From the NCBI GenBank assembly GCA_965287045.1, contig OZ336871.1, positions 55,676,001 through 55,740,000 of the forward strand: a stretch of DNA of 64,000 bases, in the 5' to 3' direction. Shown one piece after another: positions 1 through 14,100 of the stretch (the first letter of the stretch is position 1; each line of letters opens with the position of its first letter). This DNA is from Carcharhinus amblyrhynchos. Taxonomy: Eukaryota. Both the position numbers and the translations under genes were made by a program. The notes below the pieces were generated by a model, which saw nothing but the letters and a program-made list of their open reading frames with translations, ran no database searches and was not told the origin of the DNA.

Positions 1-1299
1 ATGGTTGCACTTAGTTATCCCTTCAATCGTATTTCCTGCTCATCATAAGTTGCACACCAACTGGAAGCGGTTAGAGTTGGGGATATTGGTCTCTATTTAT
101 ATTCAATGTTGCTTTAAACTAATTACTAGGAAAGGCATAAAAATTGAGGGGTTATTCTCCTTTCTATATTCTACTTTTTCTCTTGGGTAAAGTAGATGAC
201 CTTGGCTGATATTTGCTCATTATTATGTAACTGAAATTGGGAACTTAGTGGTGGAGGAAACTTTGGACCACACCTGTGTGCTAATTTTATCCTTCAGTGC
301 ATTGTTCCGTTGTTCTGCCCTTTTAAAACTGAAAGCAGTAAAAAGATAATCATGGGTGTGCAATCGTGTGAAATTTACCTTGTAACCTATTGTTTATTTT
401 GCACAGCTTGATTTTCAACATTCTTGTAGTAAGTATAATGTATTATGAAATAAGCACTCTTAAATCATGGTGCAGCATAGTATCACAAGTCGGAAAGAGA
501 GCATTTAACCTTTTGAGTCTGTGCCAGCTCTTTGCTAGAGCTATTAATTAGTCCCACTCCCCTGCTCTAATGAGTAAGTGTGTAATAAAACAATTATTTG
601 TCCAATCATTCTTTGGGCATCAAGTGAAGAAATATCTACTGTGTGTTAGTTCTAACTGAAAAATTTCAGTTGAACTAAGGTTAACAAAACCCTTCTTATG
701 TCTGAACTGTCACATCTCTTGTGATTTAAATAATGTACGGTCAGCATACTTCTTTTGCTTGAATCAACTCATTTTGTCAGTGCAACAGTTCTAGCCACAA
801 GCAAGGCTTTTGGGATTATGATGAGAATTGCTGACAATAAATCTTGCTGTATTCTGTGGAAAACAGTTGCCCTTAAGTTCTTCCATTAATTGTTTACAAA
901 GTAAGCATTACCAATGGAGTGAATTCCCTGCTGTAAATGAAATTTAGTCAATATATTTGATCTTGTGTATTATTTTGTTATTCAAATTGTGCTTGCCTCA
1001 AAAACGTTTTCTAAGCATTCTGGCTAAAACCAGACTTGTCTTTTGGTAATAAATTGAAAATTTTCACTATTTATGCAGGATTATTTCTAGGCCATGGAAA
1101 TATTGTGCCTTGCCCCATGTCTAAACATTTGCAGAGTCAATCCAACCTTGAAACATTACATTTTGCTTTGTACAACTGAAAATGTCAATAAATTGTAAAT
1201 GTAAATCTTCAGAAAATCAACCAGAAATTATTACTTGTAAATATGTTTTCATGGCACACTTGTAGTGCAGTATTTTGATGTTATTGAAGAGTTGAGAAT

Positions 1300-1597
1300 T
1301 GGACTGGTGGGGGGGAAGGGGGGAGCCGATGTTGCGGAGGTTGAAGGGTTGGTCAGCGATTGAAGCCTTCAGTACAGGCCACTGCACATGTGCTGTGGCC
1401 TGCTCTGTTTGCTAATTTCAGCTTCTCCAGCAGGGATAGTCCCCACCCCCTCGTTTTTAATGATATTCACATAGGTGGCCTCTGCAGTGCACAGGGTGTG
1501 GGAGATTCTCCTCTGAACTCCCACTGAAACCAACACGAATTGCTCCAATTTTCACACGAACACGACACTTAGAATTTTTTGCGGAGTATTCCGGCCC
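1300..1597 (-). mobile_element. Harbinger-type terminal fragment
   Basis: Reverse complement gggccggaatactccgcaaaaaattctaagtgtc...tgaaaattggag is similar to 51953-52010. Confidence 0.55.
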
Positions 1598-1985
1598 AGA
1601 CATTCCAGCCAGCATGTCTTGAATTTCTTAAGACTGCCTGATTGTATTGTGCACTGTCTCCTGAATCCAAAGTCATCCTCTGTTAGCTACAGTGATATAA
1701 ATTAATGTTTTCAAAATATAGAGATGTAATTTTGTGCATAATTAATTCACAGTGCCAACTATATCTATAAATAGCAGCAACTGACAATGAATGTATTATG
1801 TTGCTCTGATAAAGACATACATTGTGCTTCTAGTAGGCATAACTGGATTGCTAGTATTTCACCCTCAGTTTTGGTCATAAATGGAACTACCAATGTAAAA
1901 TAACACGCAGCAGATTAACTGTACAATCAAACATCAAGTACAATAGGCCCAGTAAAAATTAACTAGTACAAGTTTTCAGCTTTTA

Positions 1986-2480
1986 GGGGTGCAAGGTAAC
2001 AGAGTGGTTAGCACTGCTGTCTCAGAGTGCGACAAGCCAAGCTCCATTCCCAGCTTGGGTCACTGTCTATGTGGAGTTTGCATGATTTCCCTGTGTCTGC
2101 TTAGGTTTCCAAAGATGTGCTCTTAGGCTGATTGGTGTAACAAAATGTCCCTAAATTAGTCTCCCCTCAATCTGGTTTCCAATGTGGATTGCCATAAGCG
2201 CAGACAAGGGTCATGGGTGGAAGAGGGGACTCACAATGTTGAAATGGCAGTGTGGGCTTGTTGGGCCAAAGGGCCTGTTTCCCATGCTGTGTTGTTCTTT
2301 GTTTCCTCACACTCTGAAAAACATGCTGATTAGTGCATTGACCATGCTAAATTCTCCCTTAGTCTACCTGAACAGCGGGAGTGTGGCGACTAGGGGATTT
2401 TCACAGTAGCTTCATTGCAGTTTAATGTAAGCCTACTTGGGACACTAATAAATAAACTTTAAAACTTTGAACTTTAAAAC
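1986..2480 (+). mobile_element. Two adjacent HE1-type SINE copies or fragments
   Basis: gtggttagcactgctgtctcag head. Second fragment ends in gtaagcctacttgggacactaataaataaacttt. Confidence 0.75.
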
Positions 2481-3587
2481 TTCAAGTTTTGCTGAATGTT
2501 CAAATGTTGAACTTGAAAAATCTGCAAATGTTTTCTTAATCTCACCAAATATTATAGGATTAGACTCCGAGCAAAGTTTCAAGTATATCTCTTTGTTTTA
2601 ATGAAATGAAAATAGACCATTCAGGAAATGCACAGAAGGTTAGTTTGTTCACATTTTTTGAACGGATAAAATATTGTGATGATAGTTTCTACCCTAAACT
2701 TGTCTTTTGTTTTCAGATGCTAATTACTTGCTGCTTATGTTCAACATTTGTGTTCTTATTTCACAGTTTCAGAGTATGATCTTTAGTCAATCATTAAGTA
2801 ATCCATCCAGTGCATTTTCTAGAAAGAAATGGCATTTGGCCAATATTAATGTTTGCAAAGATGAATACATAAAGGGTTGAGCAATGACACAACAACTGCA
2901 CCTCAGATCATTGAACTTTTTTAATAAGAGGTGTAAATTCAAACCCCACATCAATGCACAATTAAATAGTTTTGATCTAGTCGACTGCAGTTTGGTAGTT
3001 AATAGTGAAGCTACTGCATGGAACAATATAAGGGGTTCGAGTTCTCCATCTTGAGAAAAGGTAGAAGACAATAGAATCCATCTGAACCAGTCAGATGCAC
3101 GAATGAACACCTTTTCTTGACAAGGCACGAAGTAGTAATGACAATAATTATGATTGTCTTCCCAGCTGAAGAAGTATAGGGGTATGAGGAGAGGAAGAGG
3201 TGATACTAAAGCAGGAGAAATGGATAGAAAATAATGAAGGCTAGATAAATGTTTCTCTGTGAAAATGGAGTATGAATCCAAATTGAAAGTTTTCCACAAA
3301 ACTGTGACATGGATTTTTGTAGAGGTAAGTGTAAGATCATCCATTTTGGTGTAAAAATGGATGCAGTGTTTTTATTAATTGTGGAAAGTTAGGGATGGTC
3401 CATACACACACATCACCAAAATGTTAAAGTAAGATACAAAAATTAATCAGAAACTATAACTTTTATAATTAGAGGGCTAGAATGTAAAGGGGAGAAAATC
3501 TTTCCACTTGCGCTTGATTAAACCTGCTTATTGTTCTGGCCAATATTTATACCTTCAACCAGCATCATTCAAAAACAAATATATGAA

Positions 3588-4085
3588 CATAGAATTTGGC
3601 CTTTTCAGCCTGCTCCACCATTCAATAAGATCATGGTTGACCTGATTGTAACTTCAACCCCACATTCCTGCTTACCCCTGATAACATCTAACCCCTTTCT
3701 TAATTAAGAAACTATCTAGCGCTACCTTAAAAATATTTAAGGACTCTGCTTCCACTGAGTATTGCGGAAGAGAGTGCCAAAGACTCATGACATTCTGAAA
3801 GAAAGAAGTTATCATAAAATCCCTACCGTTAGCCCATCGAGCGCACAAACTTTCTGAAAAAGCATCTTAACAAGGCCCATATCCTCATTTCTGTTTTAAA
3901 TGAGTGACTCATGTTTAAACAAATAGCCCCCAGTTCTAGATTCGTCCACAAAAGGAAATATCTTCTCCACATCCACCTTGTCAAGACTCCTCAGGATCTT
4001 AAAAGATTTTGAATAAGTCGCCTCTTACTCTCGTGAATGCAAGTGTAACCTGTCCAACCTTTCCTCAAAAGACAACCATCATTAT
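3588..4085 (-). mobile_element. Degraded CR1 3' fragment (similar copy at about 12720-13045)
   Basis: cctgctccaccattcaataagatcatgg 3'UTR motif is shared with the other CR1 copies. Confidence 0.7.
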
Positions 4086-4331
4086 CCACCACTAGACAGG
4101 ATGTGATGTGTAACCCCATAACCTTAGTACTCCGTATGTAGCAGTGGTAGTAGAAATCAGATATGTCCTGCAAGGCAGAAGCCTCTCTATTAACACGTAC
4201 ATATACATTTTTTATTCTAATAAAGAAAACACATTATTATTTTCCCAATCCTTGTGATTTCATTGATAGGTTTTTAAAAATGTTACTCCCAATGATCCAA
4301 TAAGTAAGGTCGTTTATAACACTATACATTT

Positions 4332-5281
4332 GGGCCACAATTCTCAGCACCTATTCACCTTGGGTGCAAACCCCGTTATGGCTAAAAACTGTCACAAGAA
4401 GGCCATAATGTGGTTTGTGACTATGAGATCTCAGTTCAAGAACTTATCCATCCACTGCCCTGCCAGCAAGAAAATCTGGATTGTGCCCAAAAGGAGCATG
4501 AATCTGATTACCATGCATTTAAATATGACTAAACAGCTTAATGTTGTTGTTTCCAGGGGTATGCTGTCCCCGCCAACGTGACATTCCCAGTGGGAATCAC
4601 AACTGGTTTTCAAAAATGAAAGTCAGTTGTAATGATCACATGGGGTGAGTGGAGAAGTGGGGGAGGTAAGTATAGCCACCAAGTGTTGAGGGACATGGAA
4701 GCACACTGGCAGTGCCAATCTGGCACTGGCAGGTTGATAATGCCAGGGAGAAACCAGAGGCAGGGCTTCTAAGGTACACTATTGGGGGGGATTCCAATTA
4801 TGTGGAGCAGGGCGGTGGGTTGTGCCAACATGGCGGTCGGGCGGGGGAGAGAGTGCATTGTCAGCAGATGCTGAGAATGGCAGGGGAGGATGCTGTACGA
4901 TGCTGGCCAAGATAGGGGTTGGAGTCAGGTCACCATGATGCCTGCGTGGTGGTGGGACATAGCTGGCATGACACTTGAGTGGTGGGGCGGAGGTTGGCCC
5001 ATTGTGTTTGGGAGTTAGGGGTATTCTCCCTGTCTGTCAGGGGTCCCAATGTCTGGCGCAGAGAGGGGGCTTTTAATCTTTCTTTGAGATCAGATGCCTT
5101 TTAAAAAAGGGCATTCTGAACTCTGTGAAGCCCCTTGCTATGTTTTGACAGTGTCAGAAGATCTGGAGTTAAAAGTGTTTCAGGGGAGAAACATGTTGAT
5201 TTTCAGTCAGAACCTGACACTTTGCCAGTTTTTAGGAAAATTCCACCATGACCTTCAAGTTCTTCACTTGAATTCAGGGCC
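4332..5281. mobile_element. Possible non-autonomous Harbinger-type element
   Basis: GC-richer block bounded by degenerate TIRs gggccacaattc / gaattcagggcc. Confidence 0.4.
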
Positions 5282-7363
5282 ATCCAATGCCATAGTTTTG
5301 ATGCTACAGTTAGGCTCACTGGCTTCACTTAGGGTGCCAGAGTTGGAATACCTGCCACTGGGAGCAGCTGGAACTGTAGTGTTACTTCCTTGTTCCTGTG
5401 GGAAATTTTAGTAGTGTAGGGCTGCACGAAATCACTCAATTGTACAGCACCCTGACAGTGGTTTTTGAGCAACATTTTCATTGAGACCATGAGCCTTAAC
5501 GAAAGAATAATGTTATATATAAATTTCTTTCTATATTCATTATTCCTTAAGTATCTGTTATTCTGTATGCAAAGCAATGCTAAATCATTGTTATACAATA
5601 CTTTGCATTTATGGGCAATGAAGTCACACTGAATAACCAGAATAACTCCTTTTAAGCAGTATTCACTATTGGTTTTATGCAGTGGTAATATCTTAGCCTC
5701 TGGGTCAGAGATTGAAGGTTCAAGCCTCACACCAGTACTTCAGCATATTATACATGAAGCATGGAGGCAGCCATTTTTTAAGTTAAGATGTTAAACCAAT
5801 GCCATGTTTGTCTTTTTCGATGGTTGTAAGAAATCCCATGAGAGTTTCTCAATGCCGTGTGTAGCCTGCTACATTTGCCTTCAGAACTTCAGAAAAATTA
5901 ATGGGCGTTAAAGCGTGTTTGGATCCCCTGAGGAGGTGAAAGGCGACAAATAAACGCAAGTTCATTCTTTCTAATATAAATTCATGAAAAATTCACATCT
6001 TTGTAGTTTACTTTAATTAGCATGTCCATAGTATTTATACGTGTTTATGTTTTGAAAGCCCCCAGAGTGTTGACATTCATAGATTCCGACAGTATTTTGG
6101 TAGATGCTATTTCACAATAAAAGGCAAACTATTTCTAATTGTATAATGAACTTTTAATGAACAGCTGCATCTCTCCCCATTACTGCCTTAACCCAAAAGT
6201 AAAATGTGAAAAATAGCTTCCCTGAATCCAGACAATGATCTTCTGTACAAATTCTTAACATAGTTAGCATTTAATGTAATTTAGTCAGTAGATCTTATTG
6301 TTGCCTTCCTGCTGAGTTTCTTGCCTCTGGCTCTGACCCATGTAGGCAATCAAGTTAAATGGTTGCTGATACCAAGGCAAGACTAATATGATAAAAAATG
6401 TTTAAGGAGTTGAGGGATTTAGTAAAATTAGTTTAAAAAAAAGGAAGAACGCTTGTACATTCTTTAAACTCTCAACTTTGTGAAGATTGGATTTTCCTCT
6501 GGTTCTCAACTTTTGTGGGAAGAAACTTCAATGGGGTTGCCTGTTACTAAATCCTTGTCCCAGAAACTGTGTTATTAAATTTCCTCCTTCCCCTTTGTTG
6601 ATGAATGAATTCAATCACTGTGCTCTTACCCCACTATACACAATAAGAACATATGGACAAGGATTTGGGGAGTATTGCTATCAGAACAGAAATGGTTAAG
6701 GAAAGGCCATTACATTTTCTAAGGGAAATTTAGATAAATGTTTGATGTGAAAGATTAAACCGGGTTACAGAGAGCCTATATGGCAGTGGGATTAGTTAAA
6801 AAAAATACTGCAAGTACTGAAAATCTGAAACATTAACATAAGATGCTGAAAGCAATCAGTGAGTCAAGTAACATCGGAAACAATTTTTTGTGAATTCTGA
6901 TAAAAGGCTATACGTTAACGCATAAACTTTTATATTTTCTTTGGGAAGCTGGCTGATTGACCTAGTGTTATCAACATTTTGTGTTTTGATTGTAGTGGGA
7001 TTACTTTGTAGATTTGTCTAGCAAGAAGCTGGCACAGACACCCTGGGTGCAATGATTCAATTCAGGTGTGAATTCTAGTGCTTCTTTCAGGTGTCACTGC
7101 AGCAGTGAGGTACCAACCCCTTCCCCCCTTACCTCTCCCTAATGAATCCCAGTCCCATCCAAGAGATTGAATGTTAAAAGTGGGCATTAATTGCACTGGC
7201 AGTGCACCATGAATATTCATTGAAGGGACATTCCAGGAAAATTGAGATGATTCTTCATGGAAATTTAATGCTTTTTATATGGCAGTAAAACCGCCACTGA
7301 GAAAATTTAGTTGATAACACTTTACCAAAATAATTAACGTAAACATAAAGAATATCATTGAAA

Positions 7364-7706
7364 TGTTGTTGAAAAGAGAGACATGTTGCTGAAGCTTTTC
7401 ATCTTGCACTCATCAGATTAAATGCAAGAATGCCAAATTTCAAACCACCACAATTTATATTATAGGAGAAAGCAGTACTGATTGGTTGGCATGTCAGCTC
7501 TGGCCAAGGCAAAGTCATGAAGAAAAGGGGGAACTATAGATTCCTCGAGTTTCAGGTTAATTCAGAGATGGCATATTGTCTATCAATATATATCATTTCT
7601 AGCAAGCATAACGAACCACATTACGAGCTTGACTGATTATCTTAAATTGGTTGTAGTATAGCTATTGGATGAAAAGCTTCAATAACATGCCTTTTTTGTG
7701 AGCAAT
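7364..7706. mobile_element. Second PLE family fragment with inverted ends and hammerhead motif
   Basis: Reverse complement of 7388-7416 is ctgatgagtgcaagatgaaaagcttcagc. Inverted partial copy at 7668-7706. Confidence 0.65.
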
Positions 7707-9212
7707 TACCATTTATAAATAGCAATAAGATTGTAAAGATATTCTAAAAAGAATATTGCTTCACATATTTTAAAAATTGACTAATGTCTGCTAAAATTCT
7801 TTTCAAAATCATATAACTTTTACAACTCCTATTACAGAAATTTTATAGGCTTTGTAGTTTTTAATTATCGATCTTGGCATGATCAGATTAAATGCAGGAA
7901 AAATAAACTGCTGTATTCTGAATTTGTTTAGCAAGCAAGCCATTGATGTTTTGATCAAAAATAATTTTGGCTGTTTCAGGTATGTTTGAGTTTTCCTAAC
8001 TACATCGTTTTCATTTGAATCTGTAATTAAAGTTGCACAAAATCTGCATGTCCCCAAACTACATGTTGAGTTCCTGCTAATTTAATCTAGAAAACTGAAG
8101 AAATATGGCCTATACTTCCTCTGCAAAATGATATTTTTGCACTCCCTCCTCAATAATATTACTTTAATGCCAAATTAATTCCACTCACAGTGAAAACAGA
8201 TTTTTTAATGAAAAACAAATGAATAAGAATTGTTATAAAACCTGCATTTTAATTTTCACCATTGAGTATTTTATTGGTATTGTCACAATACAGAACAACC
8301 TTAGGATATCAAGAGGTCGAGACTAGTTGGAGTCCAGGTCTAGTTTATCACTGGTGCCAAAGTATTTTGTTTGTTAGCTTTAGTCAGTAAAACTGCTCGT
8401 GTTATGTGCACCATATCTCATTTATTACCACTGACAGTGCAAGTACTGTAAGTTGTAATTATTGGCATGTATTAGTGTTATAAACATACAAGTCAGCACT
8501 CAATACAGTACAAGTTTCATTTTGATAAATCATTGTAGGTATAAGCAGGGATTGCAGAGTAACGTTTTCACTGCTTGATCTTGGGCCAATCTAGATTTAG
8601 AACTGATGTGGCTTCTAATCCTTACCACCAAACATCATTTCGGCCACACCTCTGCAGCACTCCTGAATTGTTGAATGTAATAATGTGGCTGGGCAGAGCT
8701 CCAGCAACAATGTGAAAACAGTTTAGTGTTACACCATTTTGATTATTTTTACAGTTGGTTCGATTCTATAATTACAATTTAGAATCTAGCAGTGCTCAGA
8801 AACTTCCAAAGTACTGGGATCCAAAAGTGCACTGCAGTGCTGCCAGTGCAAAGATTAGTCTTTCTTGTCAGTATTGATTCAATAATGATTACCTTCTCAA
8901 GACGTTCTTGCATTAGTTTAACTCGTTGTTCACAGTATAACTTTTGCCAAAGTAAACTTTGGAGCAGATTTTCCTCAATGGCAGAATCAGTGCTGGAAGC
9001 GACATGGACAAGACTTTCAATCCTTTCATGTTTTATTATCTTCACTGAGACTGATGTATTTTCTTGGTGAACTTCAAGTGCGACTAGTGCTCTTCAGTGG
9101 GAACGTCAGCAGAATTCAATGCTACATCTTTAATGACTGCTATTCTGTACTCCAAAATTCATGGAGTCACACAGCAAAATTTTTCCTGCAGGCTTCAGAA
9201 GTCAGAGTGAGC

Positions 9213-9289
9213 AGTCTCACAACACCAGGTTAACGTCCAACAGCTTTATTTGGTAGCACAAGCTTTCGGAGTGCTGCTCCTTCATCAGA
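9213..9289 (-). mobile_element. PLE pLTR fragment with hammerhead motif
   Basis: Reverse complement ctgatgaaggagcagcactccgaaagcttgtg...ttggacgttaacctggtgttgtgagact. Confidence 0.8.
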
Positions 9290-9949
9290 TACCAGACAGC
9301 CAGGTCAAATGGAGCTCACAACCCCTCACACTGTGAGGAACAGTCACCTGGCAGTGATTTTTCCCTAAACTGACTGATTGATTTCCCTAACTAATGACCA
9401 AAGACCAGGCTTGCTGTCCAATTAAGGCTGGCCTCTTAAAGCTAGAGGGCCAATAGGAGGCTGGTCCACAGACTTGTCAGGTGACAGCTTGACATTGTCA
9501 TTTTCTGTAAGAAATTATTTGACGAGGATGACAATGTCCCACATACAACCATTACCATTCCTGGGTATATTCTGCCCCCTAGATTCAGCTCTACCAGAGG
9601 TGGCAGTACAGTGGTATACAGTTGGGAGAGACACACCTCTATTTGAGTTTCCAGCAGTGATCCTCATGGTAGAGTTCATTTTAGTACTGGCAGTGACCAC
9701 TGCTCCTGATGGCACTGCCAGTACTGGACAGCTGAGGCTTCTGACCAGTGGTTCTCAGGAGCTGGGAGTCCCGATGCTTCCCTGAAAAGTGCTGATTGGA
9801 ATGCAGCTATGTCAGGCCTCCTTCAACTGGTGGACAAGAGTTTCAATAACCTGCATTCAGGATACTTAAGTTTGCAAAGGGATGAGTTAAATGGAACAGT
9901 AGGACAATAATAGAGGATGGAAAAATACAGTAGAGGAAAGTATCACAGC

Positions 9950-12172
9950 TCAAGGAATAGGATTAATTTGGGGGGAGCTAAGATACAGTAGGTGCTGACT
10001 GTAGGCATCCTTAAACATTAGTTTTGGTGTGTGGCAGAGCATGAATCAGGAAATTAGAAGCACATGTGGCAAGGGTATACAGTAATCGTGGTGTCTTTAA
10101 TTTTCATATAGACCGGGCAAACCAAATTTTCTAGATAAGCATGGTAAGAAACCACTGGGAAACAGGCTGGATCTTGTTCATTAATAAACTTGTAAAGAGA
10201 AATCTGGGGAGTCATGACCATATCTTTATTGAGTTTTAAAGTGATTGAGCTAAGTCTGAAAATAGGTTTTTAACTCTGAACAAAACAAACTACGCAGGAA
10301 TGAGGAGGAAGCTGGCTGAGGTAGATTGTAAAACTGCATTAAACGATCTGACAGTAAGCATACAGTTTAAAGAATATGAACGTATTCGTAAACATCAGAA
10401 TTAGGAACAAGAATAGGCCATTCTGCCTCTTGAGCCTGTTCCATCATTAACATTAATTCATGACGTATAACAAATATATATTCCTTTCAGCAGAAACTTC
10501 CTACACAAAAAAAGTGGTCTAACCATCGTGATCAAAGAGTATTGGATCAAAGGAAGAGGTTCATGATACTGCTGGAAACAATAATAAGCCCAAGGATTTT
10601 AGAACTCAGTAAAGAAGAACCAATAAATTAATAAGGAACAAGAAAATAGAAAATGAAAGCCGATTGGCAAAATTCAGAAAAAAAAGACATGCTATCAAAC
10701 CTTCTCATCTTGCACTTATCAAGAAAGCTCACGAGATAAACCAACAGCATCTTGTGAGCTGTCTTGATGAGTGAAGATAAAAAGCTTCAATAGCATGTCT
10801 CCTTTTTCATCAATACTCAAGTTTTGTGCTACCAAATGACTACACACAAAGCAAATTATAAACCTTTCTATAGATTTGTAAATAGGAAGAGATTAGTGAA
10901 AGTAAACATGGACCATTAAAGACATAGGAGGTGAAATTATAACAAGGAATGGCAGACACATTAAGCAAATATTTTGTATCGGTCCTCATTATGGAGGACA
11001 CAAAAAATTCGCAGAAATAATAGGGAGCAAGAGTCTACCAAGAAGGTGGGACTTAAAGAAATCAGTACGAGTAAAGGAATTGTGCTAGAGAAACGAATGA
11101 AACTAAGTGGCAACAAATCCCCCGAGTCTGAAAACCTGTACCGTAGGGCTGCAGATATAGTGGATGCATTGGTTTTGATTTCCAGAATTCCTTAGATCCT
11201 TGAACAATTCCCAAAGATTGGAAAGTAGCAAGTAGCAAACATAACCCAATCATTTAAGAGCAGTAGAAGAAAGAAAATGGGAAAATATAAGCCAGTTAGC
11301 GAAATATCAATAGCAAGCAAAATGCTACAATTTCTTATTGTGAACTGGTAACGGAACACATCAGAAAATTGAATTTTGTTAAATAAAGTCAACATGGATT
11401 CATGAAGGAAAAACATGTTTGATGAATCTGTTCGAGATTTTCAAGGATGTTACACATAGATTGGATAAAGAGAAACTGATGAGTATGGTGCATTTGCTAT
11501 TTCAAAAACCATCTGCTACACAACAGATTATTGCATAAAACTGGGACTTGAGGGCTGGAATTCTGTGGCCGTTCAGGCCCTGCTACCGCTGCCAGAGGGA
11601 AATGAGAATTTGGCACTCCACCAAATCTCCATTCACTGCAGTGGGACTGGAGAATCCCAGCTGCGGGCTAGATTGGAGGATCCTGCTCCTGGTATTGGGG
11701 ACAATATATAAGCTTGGATTGAGGATTGGTAAATGGACAGAGAACAGAGTTGGAATAAAGAGAATATTTTCACAACTGTGAGTTGTAACTAGCAGGATAC
11801 CATAAGAGCACGCCTTGGGTCTCAGCTGTTTACAATCTACATTAATGACTTAGATGAGGGGACTGTGTTTGCTGATGATGCAAAGTTAGCTGGAAAATAA
11901 GCAGGAAACAGGATGCAAAGAAGACACAGAAGGATATAGACAGGCTGGATAAGTGAACAAGAACATGGTAGATGGTATGTAATGTGATGAAGTGTGAAGT
12001 TATCCACTTAGCTATGAAAACTAAAAAAAGCAATATATGTTGAAAAGTGAGCAGCTGGAAAATGTTTGCATTGAGTGACCAGAATTTCCTTGAACCTGAG
12101 TAATAGAAAGTTAACATACAGATGCTGCAAACAATGAGGATGGTAAATCATATGTTAGCTTTAGTTACAAAG
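9950..12172 (+). mobile_element. Highly degraded CR1 LINE, interrupted by a PLE hairpin and a Harbinger-type MITE
   Basis: Remnants of endonuclease, linker and RT sequence (gtttgctgatgatgcaaag; tgtaatgtgatgaagtgtgaagttatccac). Confidence 0.75.
10685..10842 (+). mobile_element. Second PLE family fold-back fragment inserted in a CR1
   Basis: Arms 10685-10737 and 10749-10800 plus a ~40-nt tail. Degenerate ttgatgagtgaagataaaaagcttc core. Confidence 0.7.
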
Positions 12173-13757
12173 GGAGTTAATTTTAATTCTTTGTGTTGTG
12201 TCACTGACAAGAGCAATGTTTGTTGCCCCTCCCTAATTGCCGTGAACTGAGTGGCTTGCTAGGCCACTTAAGAGGGAAGTTGAGCGTCAACTGCATTGCT
12301 TTGAGTCTGGAGTCAAATTTAGGCCAGACTTGGTAAGGACAACAGATTTCCATTAGTAAACCTTAATGAACCAGGTAGGTTTTTAACAACAACCATTGTT
12401 GAGACTGGTTTTACATTCAAATTTTATTCATTGCCTTTAAATTTCACCAGCTGCTGGTAGGATTTGAACTCATGTCCCCAGAGCATTAGCACGTGTTACC
12501 AATTAAGTGACTACACCACCAGACATCACCCATCAGATAAATCCACCAACAGAAAGGCCCCTGAAATTGAGCAAGCAGAACAGAGTAAAATCCACAGATG
12601 GGGAAATTTTGGGAAGGTGGAATTGAGATAGAAGAACTTGTTCAATGGTGAAGCAGATACAAAGGGCCAAATGGTCTAATGGTTGCTAATTCTTGGTTAG
12701 TGGTTAGGGTATTAAAAGAACTAGAATTAAGAGCAGGAGTAGGCAATTTAGCCCCTTGAACACGCTCCATCATTTACTATGATCACGGCTGATCTCATTT
12801 TGGGTCAGTTACCTGCCCATTCAAACCCTTACTAATTAAAACTCTGTCTACCTCTTCCTTGAATTTACTCAAGGTCCTGGCATCCACACAGACTGGGGTA
12901 ATGAATTCCACAGGATCGTAACCCTTTGAAATGAGTTATTTCTCTTCATCTTTATTTTGAATTTGCCACTCCTTATGCTAAAACTATGATCTCTTGCTCT
13001 AGATTGCCCTACAAGAGGAAACATCCTCTGCACGTCTATTTTGACAAGATAAGAGTCATGAGTTCAGACCCCTTGTTGGATTGAATTATATAAATCCAGT
13101 TCAATAAGGTATCCACATATATATAAAATATGTATGTAAAAATGACTGGAAGATAGATGTTCTTTAGGTAATATATAAAAGGTCTGGCTGACTCTTAAGT
13201 GACTTGGCGAGTAATTTGTTGCTATAGATGGTCTGTCAGCTATTAGTTATGGGAAATGAAGGCATCGTACAAACTTATTAAAAACAACCTTTTTGTGTAC
13301 CAAAGATGACAAAAACACAGTTGCTGAAAGTCTTACATTAAAGTGTTAACTGCTGGAATAACACGGGAGTTTTGTATTATTTTAAAGAGAAAGATAGGTT
13401 CACAGTTCATCAAAACTGAATGTAGAGCTTGTAAAGAACACCATTGGAGTTATTTAATTGCTTTCACTTTCTGACACATATAAAGAAAGTGATCTTATAA
13501 TGTATTGATAAGCATGCTATTGCTTTGATGATCCTGTATGAATAGCCTGAAATTTGTCGATGTGGATATGGTCATTCTTGCAAGTTGGAAAGTTAATTTT
13601 GTCGATAGTTGCAAGTCTTATCTGCTGGTGACGTGGCTGGACTAAGGTGTTGCAAGTTTGTTAAAGCAGAAGTGAATTGTTAGCCTAAGAAAGCACTATT
13701 GTTTAAAGTAAAGAAAAGTTGTTTCTCTTGGGGCCAGCTGTGAAAAAGTGAAGATAA

Positions 13758-13979
<222 letters not shown>

Positions 13980-14100
13980 TGATTTTATTCAGTGCATTGA
14001 GCTATATTTTGAGGACCATTCACAAAAACACTGGCCAGTCATTAAATATAGCTTTGTAGTGCAGTAAAACTTGTTAATTCTTTTCAATGAAAACATTTGA

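Noticed and set aside
2787-3344. 185-aa minus-strand ORF
   Set aside because: No recognisable domain, composition reflects an AG-rich opposite strand, and it is antisense within an intron.
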